From the NCBI GenBank assembly GCA_938041455.1, contig CALITO010000021.1, positions 11,909-75,908 of the forward strand: DNA of 64,000 nucleotides. Direction: 5' to 3'. The position numbers and the translations under genes are program-made. Positions 1-5,505 of this stretch are shown here, in pieces; positions within the stretch are counted from its first letter, which is position 1; every line of letters starts with the position of its first letter. The notes beneath the pieces are model-generated. The model saw only the letters and a program-made list of their open reading frames with translations, had not been told where the DNA came from and did not search any database. The DNA is from an uncultured bacterium (GTDB lineage: Bacteria; Armatimonadota; JACIXR01).

Positions 1-813
1 GTGTCTCCATTGGCTATATTCGCATTCCTTATATCGTGAAGGAGCAAGTTCATCTTGCATATGGCGTAGATCTCCGGGTTCCTTTCTTGCCCAAACAAGA
101 ATAATCTTATCGCCTCTTCTTCCCCATATCTCTCAATTACATACAGATGCGAAAGTATTAACATACCGCCAGAACCACAGCAAGGATCATATACACTCTC
201 TCCGGGCTTTGGATCCAAAATCTCAACCATCAACTTTATAACTTCCCTCGGGGTATAGATTTCTCCTTCCTTCGCTCTCTCGGGTGCAAACTTCATTAAT
301 ATATGCTCATAGGCATCCCCAAGGATATCGGGAGAAACTTCTTCACCAGCCAGATCATACTTATTGAATAATTCAACAAGCTGTCTTAATAATTCCCTAT
401 TCTCTTGATTTCTCGCAAACACTTGAAAATCGACTCTATCAATAACCCCTTGCAATTCCTCATTTAATTTTGCAATTTCAGATATGGCAGTGGGGAGATT
501 TTGAGGTAAATCTTTTACATTTTTCGTCACCTCATCCCAAAGAAATTGTCTCGGAATATTAAAGGTGTGGTGAGTTTTTTCTTCAGCTTCCCTCTCAGCC
601 TCTTCCTCTGGTAGGCCAGCCTCTTTTATTAACCTCTCTTTTGCTTGCCGTTTTTCAACTTTCCATACATCGTTTAATCTCTTCAGGAAAAGCAGGACAA
701 GGATAAACTTGTAATCTACCGCTGTTCTTATCAAATCTGCAGCCTTGTCAATAAGGGAGTTCAACTCTTCACGAGTTACTCTTTGGGGAAACCAGAGTCC
801 CTGTGCCATTGTA
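1..813 (-). CDS. hsdM: Type I restriction-modification N6-adenine DNA methyltransferase subunit HsdM. The N-terminal 271 codons are present and the 3' part runs off the left window edge.
   Basis: Reverse-strand translation from the ATG at 813 gives MAQGLWFPQRVTREELNSLIDKAADLIRTAVDYKF...DPCCGSGGML...NLLLHDIRNANIANGDT. The HsdM N-terminal helical domain and AdoMet motif I (DPCCGSGGML) are recognisable. It is absent from the ORF track because it is truncated. Confidence 0.8.
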
Positions 814-840
814 AATTATCACCTTCCTCTACACAAAATA

Positions 841-869
841 ATCATAATTCTTTTTTAGATTTTTGTCAA
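841..869 (-). promoter_or_regulatory. Sigma70-like promoter for hsdM (-35 TTGACA, 17-nt spacer, -10 TATGAT on the minus strand)
   Basis: The reverse complement of 841-869 reads TTGACAaaaatctaaaaaagaatTATGAT. It lies ~30 nt upstream of the hsdM ATG at 813. Confidence 0.5.
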
Positions 870-938
870 TTCTAACTTCAAACTATGAGATTATCTCCAC
901 ACAAAAGAGGACGCTATAGACTGGTAAAAAGTCCTTAT

Positions 939-967
939 TTGACTTTTTTTTGAAAGCATGTTATAGT
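939..967 (+). promoter_or_regulatory. Sigma70-like promoter for tmRNA (-35 TTGACT 939-944, 17-nt spacer, -10 TATAGT 962-967)
   Basis: Read directly from the sequence. It is positioned ~16 nt upstream of the mature tmRNA 5' end and is divergent from the hsdM promoter. Confidence 0.55.
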
Positions 968-982
968 TTTTAATAGCGAAGT

Positions 983-1331
983 GGGGGCGCGTGGTCTCGA
1001 CGGGGAGCGGAGGTTGCAAGTTGCGAGCCGAGGTCGCCGCAGACCTTGTAAAAAATGCGGCGAAAGATAAGTGCCAACCACTCTTACGCGCTCGCTGCTT
1101 AATTGAAGTAGCGACGTTCCCTCGCTCTTGCCGGGGGAGTGAGAGGGGCGCCATACACTCGGCTGCCTCACGGGCTCTGTCCTTGGGTTCGTGAGAAAGA
1201 GGAAAAGGGCTTGGCTTTAATCCATCCTGCCTTTGGGAGGGATTAAAGCGAGAGGAAAACAAAGGCTACGCTCGTAGAGGCTTGTGGCTGAGGCTCTTCG
1301 GACACGGGTTCAACTCCCGTCGCCTCCACCA
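983..1331 (+). ncRNA. ssrA: tmRNA (SsrA), ~349 nt, standard one-piece form
   Basis: The 5' GGGGGCGCGUGGUCUCGACGGGG aligns with the E. coli GGGGCUGAUUCUGGAUUCGACGGG. The 3' T-arm and acceptor end read GGUUCAACUCCCGUCGCCUCCACCA. The acceptor stem GGGGGCG/CGCCUCC contains a G3:U70 wobble, the Ala identity element. The tag reading frame ends ...GCC AAC CAC UCU UAC GCG CUC GCU GCU UAA (ANHSYALAA, stop at about 1108-1110). Confidence 0.85.
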
Positions 1332-1388
1332 ACTCAAAAGGCTTTAGATACAATCCTTCCTGATTTTTAAGTTATCCCCCTTAAAAAT

Positions 1389-1464
1389 TGGTGCCGAGGC
1401 CCAGAGTCGAACTGGGGACGCCAGGATTTTCAGTCCTGCGCTCTACCTCCTGAGCTACCTCGGC
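1389..1464 (-). tRNA. tRNA-Phe (GAA), CCA encoded
   Basis: The reverse complement is GCCGAGGTAGCTCAGGAGGTAGAGCGCAGGACTGAAAATCCTGGCGTCCCCAGTTCGACTCTGGGCCTCGGCACCA. The anticodon loop is CTGAAAA, and the 7-bp acceptor stem, D-arm AGCTCAG and T-arm GGTTCGA are present. Confidence 0.9.
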
Positions 1465-1470
1465 ACTTTC

Positions 1471-1548
1471 TGGCGGGGTCGACGGGACTTGAACCCGCGT
1501 CCTCTTGCTTGACAGGCAAGCGCGCTAACCGGACTGCGCCACGACCCC
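1471..1548 (-). tRNA. tRNA-Asp (GTC), CCA encoded
   Basis: The reverse complement is GGGGTCGTGGCGCAGTCCGGTTAGCGCGCTTGCCTGTCAAGCAAGAGGACGCGGGTTCAAGTCCCGTCGACCCCGCCA. The anticodon loop is CTGTCAA. Confidence 0.9.
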
Positions 1549-1560
1549 TATTTTTAAAAA

Positions 1561-1636
1561 TGGTGGGCGAAGTAGGAGTTGAACCTACGACCTTCTCCTT
1601 GTAAGGGAGACGCTCTCCCACCTGAGCTATTCGCCC
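1561..1636 (-). tRNA. tRNA-Val (TAC), CCA encoded
   Basis: The reverse complement is GGGCGAATAGCTCAGGTGGGAGAGCGTCTCCCTTACAAGGAGAAGGTCGTAGGTTCAACTCCTACTTCGCCCACCA. The anticodon loop is CTTACAA. Confidence 0.9.
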
Positions 1637-1641
1637 TTCAA

Positions 1642-1718
1642 TGGTGCCCTCGGGGGGATTTGAACCCCCGCCGCAGGCTTGAAAGGCCTGTATCCTAACC
1701 TGGCTAGATGACGAGGGC
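1642..1718 (-). tRNA. tRNA-Glu (TTC), CCA encoded
   Basis: The reverse complement is GCCCTCGTCATCTAGCCAGGTTAGGATACAGGCCTTTCAAGCCTGCGGCGGGGGTTCAAATCCCCCCGAGGGCACCA. The anticodon loop is CTTTCAA. Confidence 0.85.
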
Positions 1719-1724
1719 ATTAAT

Positions 1725-1802
1725 TGGTGAGCCGTGCAGGAGTCGAACCCGCGACCCCCGGCTTAAAAGGCCGGTGCTCTACCACGGCTGAGCTAACGGC
1801 TC
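1725..1802 (-). tRNA. tRNA-Lys (TTT), CCA encoded
   Basis: The reverse complement is GAGCCGTTAGCTCAGCCGTGGTAGAGCACCGGCCTTTTAAGCCGGGGGTCGCGGGTTCGACTCCTGCACGGCTCACCA. The anticodon loop is CTTTTAA. Confidence 0.9.
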
Positions 1803-1853
1803 ATTATAACTATACACACTTTTAATTTTTTCGTCAAATAGAGGGGCTTGTCT

Positions 1854-3242
1854 TTATTCGCTGCTTGCGCTGGTAATCCTTTGTCTCTTTGCTTCAAGCC
1901 AAGCTTTATATGCCTCCATAATGGGGCGGGTGGTCTCCTCCATCTTTTGGGAATATTCCTCCAAGAAATCCTTCAAATCGGTGAAAAGGCTTTCCGCTCC
2001 GGGATGGGTTGGATGGGCTCCCCCTTCCTCAGCAGATTCCCTCAAGACCCAGGGATTATCAACTATCATACAGGGCTTGAAGTAGTTATCAGTCCAGGGG
2101 AAGCGCCTTCTTATCGCCTTGAAGAAAGGGGAGTTGAGACATTCAAAGAGGGGTTTTTCCTTCACATTATCCACGGCGAAATGGGAGAAGACGCAAGGTT
2201 CTACCTCCCCCTTGTTGTTTATGTGGGCATAAAGTCTCCCTCCAGCCATACAACCCGAGGTCAAATGCCCGTCATTCCAAAAATCCGCTACAAATATGGG
2301 CTTGGTGTCCCGTATTTTCCATATCCTTTCCCGAACATATTGTCTCTGTTCGGGCGTCACCATAAGGGATATATCGGGGGCCTTCCCCACCGGCACATAC
2401 ATAAAATACCAGCCGAAGAAACAACCCCTATCTATCAGGAAATCAATGAATTCCTCACTTGATACCACTTGATAATTGAGGCTTGTATAGGTAGCGGAGA
2501 AACCGAAGAAAACCCCCTCCCTTTTGAGGTTGTCCATCGCTTGCAAAACTTTTTCATATATTCCCTTACCCCTTCGGTAATCCGTCTCATCTCGGTAGCC
2601 CTCTATGCTGATGGCGGGGGCAACATTCCCCAATTTACCAAGGTTCTTTGCTAATTCTTCATCTATAAGGGTTCCGTTCGTATAAACGAGGAAGGATGCA
2701 TCGTTATGCTTTCTGAAGATGTCAAGCAACCCCTCGTAAATAAAGGGTTCACCTCCCGAGATTGTGAAGAAGTATGTTCCCATCTCCTTAGCTTCGCTCA
2801 ACACCCTATCAAACACCTCGAATGGCAAGTCGCTCTCCTTCTTGTAAGAGCCAGCATAGCAACCGATACAGTTTAGGTTGCAACGCATTGTGGGACTTAT
2901 TACTATGAGGAAAGGTGCAGCCAGTCCCTGTGCCTCCAATTCTTTTCTCCGGGATAGAGTGAAGTAGACCGCATTTAGTCCCAGGTTATTGAAAAGCTTT
3001 TGGCGAACAGTGGGGTTGGTATCTCGTAGGACGCGGCGAGCGAATTCAATAGCGGGATGGCGCTTCTCAAAGAGTGCGCGAAGCTCTCGCAATTGCAATT
3101 TATGATAATCGTGCCTCGCTATTCTCTCCAAGATATAGGTGAGACGGATGAGGTTATCGTCGGATGTGCGATTGAGAAGGGGAACAAGGAGCTTCATCGC
3201 CTGATTGGCAGCGATTCTGAGAGCGCTCCTCTTCAAGGACAT
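1854..3242 (-). CDS. Radical SAM protein (462 aa) with a ~120-aa N-terminal helical domain and a 4-Cys twitch/partial-SPASM C-terminal region
   Basis: CNLNCIGC (CxxxCxxC) lies at residues 121-128, followed by the GGEP-type motif SGGEPF. C-terminal Cys residues occur in GCMAGG, EPCVF, FECL and KPCMIV. The gene is co-oriented with the upstream radical SAM gene and separated from it by 4 nt. Confidence 0.75.
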   Translation of the reverse strand: MSLKRSALRIAANQAMKLLVPLLNRTSDDNLIRLTYILERIARHDYHKLQLRELRALFEKRHPAIEFARRVLRDTNPTVRQKLFNNLGLNAVYFTLSRRKELEAQGLAAPFLIVISPTMRCNLNCIGCYAGSYKKESDLPFEVFDRVLSEAKEMGTYFFTISGGEPFIYEGLLDIFRKHNDASFLVYTNGTLIDEELAKNLGKLGNVAPAISIEGYRDETDYRRGKGIYEKVLQAMDNLKREGVFFGFSATYTSLNYQVVSSEEFIDFLIDRGCFFGWYFMYVPVGKAPDISLMVTPEQRQYVRERIWKIRDTKPIFVADFWNDGHLTSGCMAGGRLYAHINNKGEVEPCVFSHFAVDNVKEKPLFECLNSPFFKAIRRRFPWTDNYFKPCMIVDNPWVLRESAEEGGAHPTHPGAESLFTDLKDFLEEYSQKMEETTRPIMEAYKAWLEAKRQRITSASSE

Positions 3243-3245
3243 CTT

Positions 3246-4721
3246 TCAAGCCCTCCTTTCGGTGAAGGTATAAATCTCGGGATGACTTCTTTGAAACTCC
3301 TCAAAGTATTCCTCGTTTTTCACACAGCCCGGGTCGGGACCCATTGGGTCTCCGAAGTAGGCGAGTGCCCTTGCTCGGCATCCCCCGCAGGCCCTGTTGT
3401 ATTCGCAAGTTCCACAGGCTCCCCATAGCGCCTTTCTATCTCTTAACTTGTTCAGGAAGGGATGATTTTGCCAAACATCAATAATTCTGTCTGTTCTAAC
3501 GTGCCCCAAGTGGACATCGGGCATATAGACGCAGGGGGTGATGGTGCCATCGGGCTGAACCGCCATATAAGCTCTGGCAACTCCACACCCACCTATCAGT
3601 TCCGCAAGGAGGGAAAGGTCTTTCGCCTTTCCTGTGCCCAGATGAGCAATCGGCGCGAACTCGGGCTTGTCCTTCTCCATACAAAATCTACCCAACTGGG
3701 GAGCGGTGGTGCAGAGGGAACCCCCTTCCAAAAGGAATTCATACATTTGCTTGAGGATTGATTCCTTCTCAGCGGGCGTTAGGTCGCTGTTCCAAATCTC
3801 CTTGCCCCGCCCTGTTGGTATGAAGTTGTAGACCATAACCTTATAAACTCCCAAATTCTTGCCTAACTCCAGGATGTCCTGGAATTCATCGTAGTTATAT
3901 TTGGTGACGGTGACGGAGAGGATGGCATTTCCTCCCGCTTCTATAACATTCTTTATGCCTTGTATGGACCTTTCCCATGCCCCTTTTACCCCTCGGAAAA
4001 AGTCGTGTTTTTCGGGGTTGGCGCTATCAATACTAACTGCTACATAGGCGAAGTCATATTCTTTCAAGCGTTTGGCTACATCCGGGCTTATAAGCACGCC
4101 ATTCGTATTCATAGAGAGATAAAGCCCTTTCTCCCTTGCTTTTTCCACCACATCCCAGAAGTCCCTGCAGAGAAGCGGTTCCCCTCCCGAGAAGGAGAGG
4201 GTAGGGATATAGGAATCGGCAATTTCTTCTACCAACCTTATTTTTTCTTCTTTTGAAAGTTCGCCCATTCCTAATTCCTTGGGGCGAAGGGTTCCGGCGT
4301 TTTCATAGCAGTGTTTACAACGTAGGTTACAGGTGTAGGTTATATTCCATACTACCATAAGAGGGGCATAGAAGGTCATCGGCAAATTCAGGCCATAAGT
4401 CTGCACACTGTATGCTGCGTTGAGAATAGTTCGTCTTATATTGGGATGAGCCATAAATTGGGGGAGTCGTTCTTTGGGGATACCGATAGCCCTCGCTACG
4501 GTGTTAACCATAGCGTATATTGGACGCTCGAGGAATCTTCGAGGTTTCTCGTCTTTTGCTATCCTATCCATAAGTTCCTCAAGGCGAGTCTTTCCCCCAT
4601 CGGCAGAGGTAAGGAGATAATTGAGTGTCCTCTTGGTCAGGGGATTGGTGAAAAGGAGCCGCAATTTCATATAATCGGTTTTTGCCTTTATGTGGCTCCG
4701 TTTCATTACCAATAATCCCAT
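3246..4721 (-). CDS. Radical SAM/SPASM-domain protein (491 aa) with a ~120-aa N-terminal, RRE/PqqD-like domain
   Basis: CNLRCKHC (CxxxCxxC) lies at residues 131-138, followed by SGGEPL. The 7-Cys C-terminal SPASM pattern reads GGCG...PCVY...GACGTCEYNRACGGCRA...PGC. The N-terminal segment TLNYLLTSADGGKTRLEELMDRIAKD resembles RiPP recognition elements. Confidence 0.75.
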   Translation of the reverse strand: MGLLVMKRSHIKAKTDYMKLRLLFTNPLTKRTLNYLLTSADGGKTRLEELMDRIAKDEKPRRFLERPIYAMVNTVARAIGIPKERLPQFMAHPNIRRTILNAAYSVQTYGLNLPMTFYAPLMVVWNITYTCNLRCKHCYENAGTLRPKELGMGELSKEEKIRLVEEIADSYIPTLSFSGGEPLLCRDFWDVVEKAREKGLYLSMNTNGVLISPDVAKRLKEYDFAYVAVSIDSANPEKHDFFRGVKGAWERSIQGIKNVIEAGGNAILSVTVTKYNYDEFQDILELGKNLGVYKVMVYNFIPTGRGKEIWNSDLTPAEKESILKQMYEFLLEGGSLCTTAPQLGRFCMEKDKPEFAPIAHLGTGKAKDLSLLAELIGGCGVARAYMAVQPDGTITPCVYMPDVHLGHVRTDRIIDVWQNHPFLNKLRDRKALWGACGTCEYNRACGGCRARALAYFGDPMGPDPGCVKNEEYFEEFQRSHPEIYTFTERRA

Positions 4722-4740
4722 CTCTCAAACACCTCCTATT

Positions 4741-5367
4741 CTATTTCAAGCCTTTCAGTTCTTCCCTAAGGATGGAGGCGATCAATTCCTTCTGGGCTTT
4801 GCTTAGACGGGAGAGGGCTTGTTGGCAGGTCCGCACTATTTTATGTAAGCGTCCCTCCCCATCCCCTGCCATAACCGCCCCACTGATAAGGGGGAGGTCT
4901 TCACCACCTCTCAAAGATCTCCTTATTCGGGAATAAAGGGAAGAGGAACGCTTTTTTAATTCCAGAAGGAGCATGGTCAGACTGCGTGCAGTTCGAGTAA
5001 GGGGGGTGGTAGCAGTGGCTATCCTCTCCCTAAGGGAAGATATAGTAGAGCTCAAATCCTTCCTGGCAGATTGAAAGTAGTGGGAAAGTTCTTCCCTCAA
5101 AGTTTCTAAATAACCCTCCCCTTTAATTGTCTCCTCTCCTTGAGGAGATAGGCTGAAGCGGAGGGAGGGGCGTCCGCCCAATTTCCCTTCGCTTCTTCTC
5201 AGTTCGGACAAAACATAACCTTCTTCCTCCAGCTGAATAAGTAATTCATAAGCTGACCACTTGCTTATACCGAGCTGGAGGGCAAGTTCCTCATAACCTA
5301 TAGGACCTTTTTCCTCGGTTAGCTTGTGTAAGGCTTTCAGCGCCTCTCTCCTTCTTCTCGTCAGCAT
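4741..5367 (-). CDS. Winged helix-turn-helix DNA-binding protein (208 aa) with a low-complexity Ser/Arg/Leu-rich C-terminal tail. It is a putative regulator of the radical SAM pair.
   Basis: The N-terminus KALHKLTEEKGPIGYEELALQLGISKWSAYELLIQLEEEGYVLSELRRSEGKLGGRPSLRF has the look of a wHTH domain with a beta-hairpin wing. It sits directly upstream of the rSAM genes and is co-oriented with them. Confidence 0.5.
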   Translation of the reverse strand: MLTRRRREALKALHKLTEEKGPIGYEELALQLGISKWSAYELLIQLEEEGYVLSELRRSEGKLGGRPSLRFSLSPQGEETIKGEGYLETLREELSHYFQSARKDLSSTISSLRERIATATTPLTRTARSLTMLLLELKKRSSSLYSRIRRSLRGGEDLPLISGAVMAGDGEGRLHKIVRTCQQALSRLSKAQKELIASILREELKGLK

Positions 5368-5401
5368 TCTCCATCGACTCCGAATGAATAATCACTTATT
5401 A

Positions 5402-5430
5402 ATTATATAAAGGTTTAAAAAACTCGTCAA
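5402..5430 (-). promoter_or_regulatory. Sigma70-like promoter for the wHTH-rSAM-rSAM operon (-35 TTGACG, 17-nt spacer, -10 TATAAT on the minus strand)
   Basis: The reverse complement reads TTGACGagttttttaaaccttTATATAAT and ends ~35 nt upstream of the ATG at 5367. Confidence 0.5.
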
Positions 5431-5505
5431 CAAATTTTTCCAAAAATACCAAAAACCTTCTAACAAGTGAAATTAAAGGAGATAAGGGTGTGGGAATGGA
5501 AGTGG

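Noticed and set aside
891-1262. ORF-track calls 891..1262(-), 935..1171(-) and 991..1194(+)
   Set aside because: They lie entirely inside the tmRNA gene. They have no RBS, and their composition reflects RNA secondary structure, not coding sequence.
1430-1720. 96-aa ORF on the minus strand
   Set aside because: It overlaps four tRNA genes (Phe, Asp, Val, Glu). It is an artefact of the GC-rich tRNA sequence.
1848-2462. 204-aa plus-strand ORF, with similar antisense ORFs throughout, for example 10011..10529, 13201..13488, 46355..46984, 58650..58985
   Set aside because: Each is antisense to a well-supported gene with clear family motifs, has no RBS, and has biased low-complexity composition.
3246-4721. 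Identification of the rSAM pair plus HTH as the alternative heme (AhbABCD) or heme d1 (NirJ) system
   Set aside because: AhbC, AhbD and NirJ lack 120-aa N-terminal domains. The HTH protein has no AsnC/RAM domain like AhbA/B. No siroheme or heme genes are nearby.
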